DNA of 64,000 nucleotides from Candidatus Curtissbacteria bacterium RIFOXYA1_FULL_41_14 (GCA_001775095.1 MFCA01000022.1:2162-66161), one strand, 5' to 3'. Shown: positions 54,140 through 63,424, numbered from the stretch's first letter. The notes: generated from the letters alone by a model not told the origin. Numbers and translations are program-made.

Positions 54140-55465
54140 ATGATTAGGGGCGTGGGCAGTCCGATAATTGAGGTTAAATATCCAATAAAGTTCAGGGAAG
54201 AAGACGCGAAGATTTTAGGCGAACATGTCAGGCTTCGGCATAATGTTAACTTAATCGGCGCAAAAAGAGTCGGAATCGGCGATTTTTTAAATTTCTTTCT
54301 TTATCACAAGGACATCGCCAGAAAATATATCGACAGACACCACAAGCATCTTTTGATCCCGGTGGATTTGAACGATCTTGTTGAGATTAAACTTTTTGCC
54401 TTTTGGACTCTGACTTTTAAAAGAATTGTTGATGCCGTAGGGAGTTTACCGGTCGAGCCAAGCGTCAAAAAACAGATAAACGGGCTATTTTTAACTTCGA
54501 TTCAGGAAAGCGATCTATTTTTAACCGTTGAAAATTTAAGAAAATCATTAATTGAAATCGCCAAGACGGGTATCCTTCCTACAATTTTTTGGTTGCGTTT
54601 TGACAGAATAAGCGAAATTACACCCATTGATTTTTTCGCCAATCTTCAGGGTTTAAGAGAAGCAACCGGTCAGAAATTATGTTTTGTTTTGACAAGTTAT
54701 CGCGAAATTGGAAAGATAACACCTAGGCTTACCGAGAAATTACTGCCTATTTTTATTCACAATTTTTACATCAAGCCGGCAGGGGAAAAAGACGCCAAGG
54801 TCATCTTACATGAGCTAGTTAGGAAATATCATCTGAAAATAAGTGGGAAATTGGCCAAAAAAATAATCGAGGTTAGTGGCGGTCATGCCCAATATCTTTA
54901 TTTAACTCTGATTATTTTGGCGCAGTCGCTCAGAGACCAAAAGGTCGATGAGAAAATCCTTCTGGAATTAATAAGCGGTGACGAACGATTGATTTTACAA
55001 TCGGAGGAAATTTGGGACAGTTTGTTTGACGCGGAAAAAGATGCGATAGGTCTTATTACGGAAGGTAAAAAAGTCGGCGCGGATTTACGATTCAATGCGA
55101 AATATATATGGGAAACAGGCTTAGTTTTGAGAAAGTTTGACAGGCGGCAAATTTTTAGTCCGATTTTTGGCGCATATGTTCGCGAAAACGGGAAAGGTAA
55201 GGTCAACGGAAGTGTCGAATTAACCAAGAAAGAAAATCTTCTATTTTCTCTTCTTTTGGCTAGTCAAAACGAAGTTTGCGAGAGGGAAAAAATCATAGAG
55301 GCAGTTTGGGCAGAATATGAAGATTTGGGAGTTTCCGATTGGACGATTGATAAACTGGTGGCAAGGTTGCGAAATAAACTAAAAGAGCAGGGAAGCGATT
55401 TTTCGGTAATTACAGTTAAGACAAGAGGGTATAAGTTAGTTTCGACTAAGCCAAATCCATCCTGA
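54140..55465 (+). CDS. Transcriptional regulator with an N-terminal degenerate AAA/Arch_ATPase-like domain and a C-terminal OmpR/PhoB-type winged helix
   Basis: C-terminal LTKKENLLFSLLLASQNEVCEREKIIEAVW...SDWTIDKLVARLRNKL...ITVKTRGYKL matches the trans_reg_C pattern. N-terminal GAKRVGIGDF is Walker-A-like but lacks the K-T/S. Confidence 0.5.
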   Translation: MIRGVGSPIIEVKYPIKFREEDAKILGEHVRLRHNVNLIGAKRVGIGDFLNFFLYHKDIARKYIDRHHKHLLIPVDLNDLVEIKLFAFWTLTFKRIVDAVGSLPVEPSVKKQINGLFLTSIQESDLFLTVENLRKSLIEIAKTGILPTIFWLRFDRISEITPIDFFANLQGLREATGQKLCFVLTSYREIGKITPRLTEKLLPIFIHNFYIKPAGEKDAKVILHELVRKYHLKISGKLAKKIIEVSGGHAQYLYLTLIILAQSLRDQKVDEKILLELISGDERLILQSEEIWDSLFDAEKDAIGLITEGKKVGADLRFNAKYIWETGLVLRKFDRRQIFSPIFGAYVRENGKGKVNGSVELTKKENLLFSLLLASQNEVCEREKIIEAVWAEYEDLGVSDWTIDKLVARLRNKLKEQGSDFSVITVKTRGYKLVSTKPNPS

Positions 55466-55874
55466 ATTCCCAGCCCCATTTGGTAAAGCCCAACTTTTCG
55501 TAAAATTTATGAACGTCTTCGCTTGCAAATCGGGAAGTCCCGACAACTTTATAACAGCCTTTTTCTCTGGCTAGTTCTATAAGTTTATTTAAAAGGGCAG
55601 TGCCGACTCCTTTTTTCCGGGAATTTTTATCTACCACTAGCCCCTCCAGGAAAGCATAGGGTTTTCCGTAAGCCGGTATTGGGAAGTAAAGGAGTGTGGC
55701 CGAGCCGATAATTTTATTATTCTGTTTTGCAACTACAATGTCACAGTGGGCCGCATCGATTAAGTCTACGAGGATTTTTTTGGCATCTGCGTGAGGCTCT
55801 TTGACTCTGTAGACTTGGTCTTGAAGGGCCAGAATGCCCTCAAGGTCGTCTTTCGTAGCCAATTTGATTTGCAT
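55446..55874 (-). CDS. GNAT-family N-acetyltransferase
   Basis: R/Q-x-x-G-x-G/A-like SRKKGVGTALL and a KLGF tail. Confidence 0.65.
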   Translation of the reverse strand: MQIKLATKDDLEGILALQDQVYRVKEPHADAKKILVDLIDAAHCDIVVAKQNNKIIGSATLLYFPIPAYGKPYAFLEGLVVDKNSRKKGVGTALLNKLIELAREKGCYKVVGTSRFASEDVHKFYEKLGFTKWGWEFRMDLA

Positions 55875-55932
55875 AGCACTATTTTAACTTATTTTTAGTT
55901 ATAATCTCTACATAGCGGAGGATTGCCTCAAG

Positions 55933-57219
55933 ATGAAGCTTTACGAGTTTGAAGGACATCGGATTCTTGCAAAAGTCGGGATAGAAAGCCCTTTTTTTGT
56001 TGCTTGTTCGAATTTAGACGAGGTAAAACAGGCTCGCAAACGTCTTAAATTTCCAATGGTTGCCAAAGTGCAAGTACTTTCCGGCAGGCGGGGCAAGTCT
56101 GGCGGAGTAAAATTTCTCTCAAACGAGAAACAACTTTTAACCTTTGCAAAAGAAATGTTTGGGAACAAATTTAATGGGGAGGACGTCAGATTTATAAGTT
56201 TTTCTAAAAAAATCGAGATCGAAAAAGAACTCTACCTTTCGATTGCCTACGATACTATCAAAAAAAATCCCTTTTTTCTTTTTTGTGAAGAGGGTGGCGT
56301 TGATATCGAAGAGGTAAAAAAGAGGAGTCCTGAAAAGATTGTTAGAGTAGATATTGATTCGTTGACCGGACCGACGAAAAAGAATCTGGAAGCGCTGTTT
56401 AGGCATGAACTCGTCGATTTTGCAACCCGTCTTTGGGATGCTTTTTGGCGATTTGATTGCCGTATGGTGGAGATTAACCCGTTAGCACTTGTCAGAGAAT
56501 CTGGATCTCACCCCCGGATTGAAGTCAAGACGAAATCTGGGGTGCACCTCGGGGATGGGCATAGTTATGTCGCTATTGATGCCAAAATCATCCTTGACGA
56601 TGCAGGTTTGGCAAGACATCGCGATTTGGATGTTTTGCCAAAGGGCGCAGCGAGTGCGGTACCGACAGAGAGAGAACTGGCAGCAAGAAAGGTTGATGAA
56701 GGTGACTGGCGGGGAACCGCCGGCTCTATTTTTATTGAGCTTGACGGTGACATCGCTGTTTTAGCGTCCGGCGGCGGAGCCAGTCTTTTGACAATGGATG
56801 CGCTGACTTCAGCCGGCGGTAAAGGGGCAAACTATACTGAATATTCTGGTAATCCACCGGCAGAAAAAGTTGAAAAATTAACAAAAATTACTTTGGATAG
56901 AGAAAATCTCAGCGGGTGTTTAGTTTGTGGAGCAGTAGCCAACTTTACAGACATTTATGAAACCTTAAAAGGTTTTACTGAGGGTTTAAGGCAGGTCAGA
57001 CCAAAGCCAAGTTATCCAATCGTCATCCGACGGGGAGGTCCGGGACAGGAGAAGATATACGAAGTAATTGGCAAGATTGCCCAAAAAGAAGATTACGACA
57101 TTCATCTTTTTGGGCCTGAGACACCGATATCAGTTGCGTGTCAAAAGATGGTAGAACTATCTAACGACTATAAAATTCGAAATCCGAAGTACGAAAGTAA
57201 AATCGATTCGTATGATTAG
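55933..57219 (+). CDS. Succinyl-CoA-synthetase-beta-like ATP-grasp subunit (SucC/CcsA/AclB family)
   Basis: Aligns by eye along the full length with SucC (KVQVLSGRRGKSGGVKF, VEINPLAL, LASGGGASLLTMDAL). Confidence 0.7.
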   Translation: MKLYEFEGHRILAKVGIESPFFVACSNLDEVKQARKRLKFPMVAKVQVLSGRRGKSGGVKFLSNEKQLLTFAKEMFGNKFNGEDVRFISFSKKIEIEKELYLSIAYDTIKKNPFFLFCEEGGVDIEEVKKRSPEKIVRVDIDSLTGPTKKNLEALFRHELVDFATRLWDAFWRFDCRMVEINPLALVRESGSHPRIEVKTKSGVHLGDGHSYVAIDAKIILDDAGLARHRDLDVLPKGAASAVPTERELAARKVDEGDWRGTAGSIFIELDGDIAVLASGGGASLLTMDALTSAGGKGANYTEYSGNPPAEKVEKLTKITLDRENLSGCLVCGAVANFTDIYETLKGFTEGLRQVRPKPSYPIVIRRGGPGQEKIYEVIGKIAQKEDYDIHLFGPETPISVACQKMVELSNDYKIRNPKYESKIDSYD

Positions 57220-57285
57220 TATCCATTAGTATATTGGTATCAATGCTAATATACGAATTTATGCTAATTATACAAATATGAGTAT

Positions 57286-58176
57286 ATGGCCATTTTAGTC
57301 AATAGAGATACGCGAGTTTTAATTCAAGGAGTTACAGGTAGATCAGGAACGCAAGTTACGGGCGAGCTATTGGACTATGGTATGAGAGTACTTGCAGGAG
57401 TAACTCCGGGTAAGGGCGGCCAAGAGATAGAGGCGGTGCCGGTTTTTAATTCAATCAAAGAAGCGGTTGAACAAATCGGACCAGTTGACGTCTCGATGGT
57501 TTATGTTCCGCCACTTCTTGCTTATGAAGCAGCGATTGAAGCGATTGAAGCGCAAATTCCCTTAATCCACATTTTCGCCGAGAAAATTCCGATTTTTGAT
57601 ACTTGCCGAATTCTTTCGATGGCCGCTAAAAAAAACGTCCGGGTTTTAGGACCGGCTTCAGTCGGAGCAATTTCTCCAGGCGAAGGTAAGATTGGTTCAA
57701 TCGGCGGACCCAAGCCGGAGGCAGTTTTTTCAAAAGGACCGGTCGGTGTAGTTTCCAGGTCTGGCGGGATGTGTGCCGAGCTTGGTCTTTTAATTTCAAA
57801 TGCCGGTCTTGGGCAGTCAACGGTTGTTGGTATCGGCGGGGATTTGCTTATTGGAATGGACTTATCCGATGTGCTTTTGAATTTTGAGGCAGATGCGCAA
57901 ACAAAAGTTGTGGTGGCTTTTGGTGAAGTTGGGGGTAGTCAAGAGATAGAAGCTAGTAGACTTTTGAAAAATGGCCAGGTAACTAAACCTGTAATTGTTT
58001 TTCTGGCAGGAACTTTTGCTGAAAGTTTGCCAAAAGATACCAGTCTTGGTCATGCCGGAGCTATTGTCGGTCTGGAAACAACAATGAAGGAAAAGATCAA
58101 GACGCTTAAAGATTGCGGTGCAGTTGTTGCCGAAAAATTTGAAGACATACCATTACTAATTAAAAAGTCTCTATAA
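57286..58176 (+). CDS. Succinyl-CoA-synthetase-alpha-like subunit (SucD/CcsB family) with the phosphohistidine loop
   Basis: VLIQGVTGRSGT, GVTPGKGG, SRSGGM and the active His in SLGHAGAIVG. Confidence 0.75.
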   Translation: MAILVNRDTRVLIQGVTGRSGTQVTGELLDYGMRVLAGVTPGKGGQEIEAVPVFNSIKEAVEQIGPVDVSMVYVPPLLAYEAAIEAIEAQIPLIHIFAEKIPIFDTCRILSMAAKKNVRVLGPASVGAISPGEGKIGSIGGPKPEAVFSKGPVGVVSRSGGMCAELGLLISNAGLGQSTVVGIGGDLLIGMDLSDVLLNFEADAQTKVVVAFGEVGGSQEIEASRLLKNGQVTKPVIVFLAGTFAESLPKDTSLGHAGAIVGLETTMKEKIKTLKDCGAVVAEKFEDIPLLIKKSL

Positions 58177-58242
58177 ACATCCTTATAAATATCTGAAAGC
58201 CCTGTTTAGCATTATTGATTTTGATTTTGATGATTATTTATA

Positions 58243-58378
58243 TTCGCTCGCAGAACACCGTGGACTATTAGTCCACGGATGAGGAGCGAGAGAATACATA
58301 CTTCCGAGGAGCGGGATGTTCTGCTCGCTCATGTAAACTTAAAGAACAATACCGAGGGCTCTTAGCCCTCGGAAGTTT
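58243..58378. mobile_element. Intergenic copy of the ~135-bp palindrome-rich repeat that is in-frame in the oxidoreductase gene
   Basis: RC alignment to 19664-19798. Contains perfect hairpins CCGTGGACTA/TTAGTCCACGG and CCGAGGGCTCTTAGCCCTCGG. Confidence 0.65.
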
Positions 58379-58415
58379 ATAATATTTGTATCCGTGAATT
58401 AATTCATAGATACAA

Positions 58416-58853
58416 ATGGCGCAAATTTCTAAAAGACAATTAGGCAGGAAACTTGAGTTGAAAGTTTACGATTCTTTTTGGAGAGTAATAGCAAATATTA
58501 AAAATAGAGAAGAGGTCTCTGACTTTTTTTCCGACTGTTTGACTCGAACCGAGCGGGTTTATTTGGCAAAAAGGATGGCTATCGCGGTACTTTTGTCAAA
58601 AGGTTATGATTACCGATCTATAAGTAATATGTTAAAAGTTTCCACAGGGACGGTGGGAAGAGTGGCAAGTAAAATAGAAGAGAAAGGCTGGAAACTTTTT
58701 GTCAGGAAACTCGAGGGTTTAGAAGATTGGGATAAGTTTTGGCATGATATGGAGAAACTTTTGATGAGGTCTACAGGTGCAGGGAGAAGGATGTTTTTAA
58801 GCGAGGAAGAAATCGAAGGTATCGTCAGGAAGCATAAAAGATTGTCTTCATGA
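58416..58853 (+). CDS. YerC/YecD (TrpR-like) DNA-binding protein
   Basis: LTRTERVYLAKRMAIAVLLSKGYDYRSISNMLKVSTGTVGRV resembles the Trp-repressor-like YerC fold. Confidence 0.55.
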   Translation: MAQISKRQLGRKLELKVYDSFWRVIANIKNREEVSDFFSDCLTRTERVYLAKRMAIAVLLSKGYDYRSISNMLKVSTGTVGRVASKIEEKGWKLFVRKLEGLEDWDKFWHDMEKLLMRSTGAGRRMFLSEEEIEGIVRKHKRLSS

Positions 58854-59022
58854 ATTAATTCATGAAGACAAGGTTCTTTTTGATTTTAAAAATGTAGTTT
58901 TAAGTTTCATGACTGAAAGAGAAGATCTCGATTCTGATTTTGAACTCACCAGGGGAGTTTGCTTTTCAGGGCGAAGATGGGCGAAGCTAGAATGATTAGC
59001 TGAATTTAGGTATACTTAAACC

Positions 59023-59763
59023 GTGATGCCAAAGCCGTACCGGACTTCAATAACCACCCATGCTGATGGTTCACCTCATGTATACGGTTATGATCTGACA
59101 AAGCTTGCCGGGAATACCTCTTTTGCCAAGGCTATCTACCTTATTCTTAAAGGTCAAATGCCGGATAAGGCGAGCGAGAAGATGTTTGAGGCGATGTTAA
59201 CGATCGCTATCGATCACGGTGTTGAACCTCCATCAGTTGTTGCTGCAAGAAACGTTTCTTCGGGCGGTAGTCCAATTCAGGCGGCGGTTGCGGCCGGGGT
59301 ACTGGCGCTTGGGGAATTTCACGGAGGAGCAATTGAGAAGGCGATGGAAAATTTTAAAAAATATCAGGGTGTTGGGGTTAAGATAATGGTTGATGATTTT
59401 AACAAAAATGGCGAGCGTATTTCCGGTTTCGGCCATCGACTATATGCTGACGATCCCAGAACGCAAAGGCTTTTAGAAATTGCCAAGGAACTTGGTTTTT
59501 TCGGTAAATATGTCAAATTTGCTCTTGAAGTTGAAGCAGAAATTTCCAAAGAGTCAAAAAAATTACCTCTTAATATCGACGGATGTTTTTCAGTACTGCT
59601 CTTGGAAATGGGATTCAATCCCAAGGTCGCCAACGGTATTTTTATAATTGCCAGAACACCGGGGTTGGTGGCTCACGTAGTTGAGGAAACCTTGCGTGAG
59701 AAACCGGCAAGGCGGTTAACCGAAAACGATGTGGAATATGACGGACCAAGACCGAGACGGTAA
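59023..59763 (+). CDS. Truncated citrate-synthase-family protein (citryl-CoA-lyase-like, C-terminal catalytic part only)
   Basis: Conserved citrate-synthase catalytic contexts HGGA, GFGHRLY...DPR and IARTPGLVAHVVEE. It lacks the ~150-aa N-terminal region of full citrate synthases. Confidence 0.65.
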   Translation: MMPKPYRTSITTHADGSPHVYGYDLTKLAGNTSFAKAIYLILKGQMPDKASEKMFEAMLTIAIDHGVEPPSVVAARNVSSGGSPIQAAVAAGVLALGEFHGGAIEKAMENFKKYQGVGVKIMVDDFNKNGERISGFGHRLYADDPRTQRLLEIAKELGFFGKYVKFALEVEAEISKESKKLPLNIDGCFSVLLLEMGFNPKVANGIFIIARTPGLVAHVVEETLREKPARRLTENDVEYDGPRPRR

Positions 59764-60028
59764 ATTGATCTAATATCAGCTAAACTTCAATTATTATAAT
59801 TAATATAAAAATCTAATGAAGTTTACTGATATATCAGATTCGCCGAAGGCGAAGGCTGATATTAACCTAATGACTTAACAAAATCCTAAACTCTAAATTC
59901 TAAACTCTAAACAATATCAAAATTCAAATGTTCCAAAAAATAATTAAACTTAAAATTGTTTTGAATTTTGTATTTTGATTATTTGGATTTATTTAGGATT
60001 TAGGATTTAGAAATTAGAAATTTCAAAT
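59764..60028. repeat. ~260-bp AT-rich intergenic element, copy 3, filling the whole spacer between the citrate-synthase-like gene's stop and the ruvC ATG
   Basis: Aligns with the RC of 35978-36234 and with the flanks of 38135-38445. Confidence 0.65.
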
Positions 60029-60553
60029 ATGATTATTTTTGGCATTGATCCTGGGACAGCTACAACTGGCTATGGGGTTATAAAGAAAGTTAAAAGCTCT
60101 CTCGAATTGGTAGATTACGGGTGCATAAGTACATGTAAAGATGACCCAATGCCCTTGAGGTTATATAGTATCCAAAAATCTTTAAAGAGCTTACTCAGAC
60201 AGTTTAATCCTGATTGTGTTGTTGTAGAGCAATTGTTCTTTGGTGCGAATTCCCGTACTGCAATGACTGTTGGACAAGCAAGGGGAGTAGTGCTCTCGTC
60301 CGTTGCGTCCTATAGGCTTCCCATATTTGAATACCAGGGATTACATGTTAAACATACTTTAACTGGAAATGGCAGGGCAGACAAAAAAGAAATCCAAAAA
60401 TCGGTGATGAAATACTTGAGAAAAAGAACATTGAGAAAACCGACAAACGGATATCTTGACGACGCAGCTGATGCCTTAGCCGTGGCAATTTGTCATGCGA
60501 TTAAGATTAAAGGTAACAAAAGTGTCAAAGCTGACAAAAGTGTCAAAGGCTAG
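60029..60553 (+). CDS. ruvC: Holliday junction resolvase RuvC
   Basis: MIIFGIDPGTATTGYGVI... catalytic DxG/E pattern. Length 174 aa. Confidence 0.8.
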   Translation: MIIFGIDPGTATTGYGVIKKVKSSLELVDYGCISTCKDDPMPLRLYSIQKSLKSLLRQFNPDCVVVEQLFFGANSRTAMTVGQARGVVLSSVASYRLPIFEYQGLHVKHTLTGNGRADKKEIQKSVMKYLRKRTLRKPTNGYLDDAADALAVAICHAIKIKGNKSVKADKSVKG

Positions 60554-60560
60554 CTGCTTC

Positions 60561-60605
60561 TGATACTTCTGATACTTTTGATACTTTTGATACTTTTGAT
60601 ACCTC
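60561..60605 (+). repeat. Five tandem copies of the 9-mer TGATACTTT between ruvC and the next gene
   Basis: TGATACTTCTGATACTTTTGATACTTTTGATACTTTTGATACCTC read directly. Confidence 0.7.
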
Positions 60606-60618
60606 TGGAGGTGGGGAA

Positions 60619-61443
60619 GTGACGATATTTAAGCCATTAAAAAAAATATTCTCGGGATTTATTTCCTGGGAGATAACTAAAAGGCAGAAGTTTATTCTGA
60701 TGTCTTTTTTTTTGACAGTCGTTTTAATTACGACTCAAACAGTCGGCGAAAATTTACGATATCAGACGATCGGTTTCTTAGCAATATCTGCCGCTTTTTT
60801 GGCGATCTTCGCTCTTTGGGGTGAACTCTCGGGGATTAAGTATTTTTTACTTCTTTTATTGCCTGTATATTTTGTGGCTGGAGCCTCACTTTTTTATTTT
60901 TTACTGCCGGTTAGATGGTTAACCAGGTTGCCTTTTGCATTTCTTTTTGGAATTTCTGTTTATCTTCTAATGTTAACCGCAAACATCTATAACGTGGCTG
61001 CGATACGGACAATCGCGCTACTTCGCGCTGCTCATGCTGTTGGACTTCTGTTTTCCCTGGTATCGACTTTTTTTCTTGCCAATGTCCTTTTTTCACTGCA
61101 TCTTCCATTTTATCTTGTGTCAGGGGGTTCAATTTTAATAACCTTACCGATTTATTTAGTAGGGCTTTGGTCTTATGAGCTTGAGGATTTTCTTTCCCGA
61201 AAGGTTTTCGTCTATACTGTTGTTTTTACTTTTGTGACAGCCCAAATCGCACTTGTGCTTTCATTCTGGCCGATCGCGCCGATAAATGGGGCTTTGCTTT
61301 TGGCTACAATTATGTATGTTCTTCTGGGTCTTGCGAGGTTGGATTTTGAGGGAAGGTTAAAAAGTAGGGTGGTCTGGGAACATGTGGTCGTGGCTTTTGT
61401 CGTTTTTGTGATTATTTTGATGACGACACGGTGGGGAGGCTAG
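60619..61443 (+). CDS. Hypothetical polytopic membrane protein (GTG start)
   Basis: Seven to eight hydrophobic helices. Confidence 0.35.
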   Translation: MTIFKPLKKIFSGFISWEITKRQKFILMSFFLTVVLITTQTVGENLRYQTIGFLAISAAFLAIFALWGELSGIKYFLLLLLPVYFVAGASLFYFLLPVRWLTRLPFAFLFGISVYLLMLTANIYNVAAIRTIALLRAAHAVGLLFSLVSTFFLANVLFSLHLPFYLVSGGSILITLPIYLVGLWSYELEDFLSRKVFVYTVVFTFVTAQIALVLSFWPIAPINGALLLATIMYVLLGLARLDFEGRLKSRVVWEHVVVAFVVFVIILMTTRWGG

Positions 61444-62485
61444 GGATTTTGGTCTTTCCGGTATTAACAATAAGCATCTTTTTATTTTTAGGTAGTCTAT
61501 CTTTCATTTGTAACATTAAGGCGAGTCCGGCAATTCCAGAAGCTTCACAGCTGATTTTTTGTGATGACGCAATCTTAATTGTCTCATCTAAGAAATTTTC
61601 TTTTATCAGGTAAACATTTGATTCCGGGCCGCAGAATCCCGCATATCTATATAATCGTATCCATTGCTCATCGTAGTGTACAAAAGGCAGGTGTGGGGAA
61701 TAAAGCTTGTCGGCTTTTGAATTCGGGTTATTGGTTGTAGCGCCCATAAAGTTGCATCTTCGCAGTATTTCAACGTTCCCTTTAAATCGGGGATCGTGAT
61801 TTTCTGTTGAAACCTCTTTCTTGTTAGTATTCAAAATATTTTCATACAAGTTTCCAGTACCAAAGGGGATAAAAACATAATCCGGGTTGTTGTTAATAGT
61901 TTCATAGCTCATCCAGTCATAAAACCTGGTTGTCGGGTCTAGCGCCTCATTTGAAGTTATATCAAAACCTTCAGGGTTATGAGTCAGAGTTAGAATTTCC
62001 CGCCAACTATACGGCTTTTTGGACAGGTCTGTTTCGTAGATCTCGCAGCCTATTTTCTTAAGAGTTTTTAGGATATTGGGTTCAATAAAATTGACATCGA
62101 CTAAAACTTTTAGATTTGGTAATTGGTATTTTTTCAATTGTGTTTGGATAGCAATTGCAGCAGAGCCGGAGGAGATAATTGACATCTGAGGTAATGGTCC
62201 TTTGATTTGGCTGCATTTTTTGGCTAGTAAAAAATCACGGTAAGTGACAGCAATTTCCCAGGCCATTCGATCTTTGTGAGTGCCAGTTGGGTTAATACTT
62301 TCGTCTTTTAGCCAGACATTAGAAAAATCGCGGACTTTTATTCTATATGTAGGCGTTGCCGGGAATTTGGGGTTATCGGGAGGGAATTCCGGTTTTTTGG
62401 GATTGTTTTCAGAGGCGACAAATATTGACTTTAATAACTTTTCCTCTGCTTTTGATAGAGACATATTGTGACCAAATAATAACAC
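61412..62485 (-). CDS. PLP-dependent fold-type-II enzyme-like protein (threonine-synthase / Trp-synthase-beta superfamily; tentative)
   Basis: NPTGTHKDRMA resembles the PLP-lysine motif NPTGSFKDR. A G-rich loop lies downstream. Confidence 0.45.
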   Translation of the reverse strand: MLLFGHNMSLSKAEEKLLKSIFVASENNPKKPEFPPDNPKFPATPTYRIKVRDFSNVWLKDESINPTGTHKDRMAWEIAVTYRDFLLAKKCSQIKGPLPQMSIISSGSAAIAIQTQLKKYQLPNLKVLVDVNFIEPNILKTLKKIGCEIYETDLSKKPYSWREILTLTHNPEGFDITSNEALDPTTRFYDWMSYETINNNPDYVFIPFGTGNLYENILNTNKKEVSTENHDPRFKGNVEILRRCNFMGATTNNPNSKADKLYSPHLPFVHYDEQWIRLYRYAGFCGPESNVYLIKENFLDETIKIASSQKISCEASGIAGLALMLQMKDRLPKNKKMLIVNTGKTKIPSLPTVSSSK

Positions 62486-62563
62486 TATTGAATTTTACAC
62501 TTCAAGTTACAAAAGCCCTATAGTTTGACATGACTCTTTGGATTTTATATAATCTCACTTGAG

Positions 62564-63409
62564 ATGAGTGCAGAAAGAACGGTAAGTACAGGTTTAATCC
62601 CACCCGTAGAGTCGGTTACAGGGACCGGGGAAGCAGCACAACCCGTTTTTAAAAAGACGCCTTTGATGCGCAGGATAGAGGAAAGATGTGCTAAGCCTGG
62701 TGAACCAATCGACGAATTTCTTCATAGATTGTACGTTGATAAAAGTCAAAGTCTCACAGCAATTGCTCAGGCATTTCGTGAAAGCGATTGTAGTGTAAAT
62801 TACACTACAATTGGTCGTTGGCTAGAAAATTTTTTCCCCAAAATTCAAATAAGAAGAGGATATCTTGGGCAAGATCCTGAAAGAAGAAGACAAATGTCTC
62901 AGAGAATCAGAAAATCTCGGGTAAGTAATCCTGATATGTACAGGAGGTTAAGAGAGGATAGAAGGAGACGTTTTGAGGAAAACGTAGCCAGATCATTTGG
63001 TAAAGATCCTAGAGAGTTTGTAACTCGGATGGTTGTAGGCGAGAATCTTTCTGTGCCAGAGATAGCCACCAGGATTGGGCAATCGACTTATTTTGTTAGG
63101 AGAGTAGTTAGAGAATACAAAGTTGAACCTAAACCCAGACGTCGAAGGCTAATACACAATGAATTTGAAGAAAGAAGAAAAATGATAAGGCAGGCAAATG
63201 ACGACGGATTGCTTGAGCGATTAACTCCCGAGCAGCGAAAGGTATTATTAGCCCGTTATCCCGAGGAGGGCATTGTTCCTACACAAATAGAAGTTGCGCG
63301 GGGTTTGCATTTAACCTTCCGCCAGCAAGTCTGGCAGTGTGAAAGAGATGGCCTTGCCGATATCGAAAGATTATTAGCATTGGACTCTAACCGCACAACC
63401 AACCTATAG
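62564..63409 (+). CDS. Arg-rich hypothetical DNA-binding protein with three helix-turn-helix-like segments
   Basis: QSLTAIAQAFRESDCSVNYTTIGRWL, LSVPEIATRIGQSTYFVRRVV and PTQIEVARGLHLTFRQQV. Looks locally GC-richer by eye. Confidence 0.3.
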   Translation: MSAERTVSTGLIPPVESVTGTGEAAQPVFKKTPLMRRIEERCAKPGEPIDEFLHRLYVDKSQSLTAIAQAFRESDCSVNYTTIGRWLENFFPKIQIRRGYLGQDPERRRQMSQRIRKSRVSNPDMYRRLREDRRRRFEENVARSFGKDPREFVTRMVVGENLSVPEIATRIGQSTYFVRRVVREYKVEPKPRRRRLIHNEFEERRKMIRQANDDGLLERLTPEQRKVLLARYPEEGIVPTQIEVARGLHLTFRQQVWQCERDGLADIERLLALDSNRTTNL

Positions 63410-63424
63410 TTTTTATTGGGGAAG

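Noticed and set aside
35978-60028. Inverted AT-rich repeats as boundaries of a composite transposon or genomic island
   Set aside because: The enclosed 23.5 kb is mostly core housekeeping (dnaB, efp, lspA, yebC, hisS-like), has no transposase or integrase, and a third copy lies inside it. Recombination-mediated inversion is possible, but a mobile-island interpretation is not supported.
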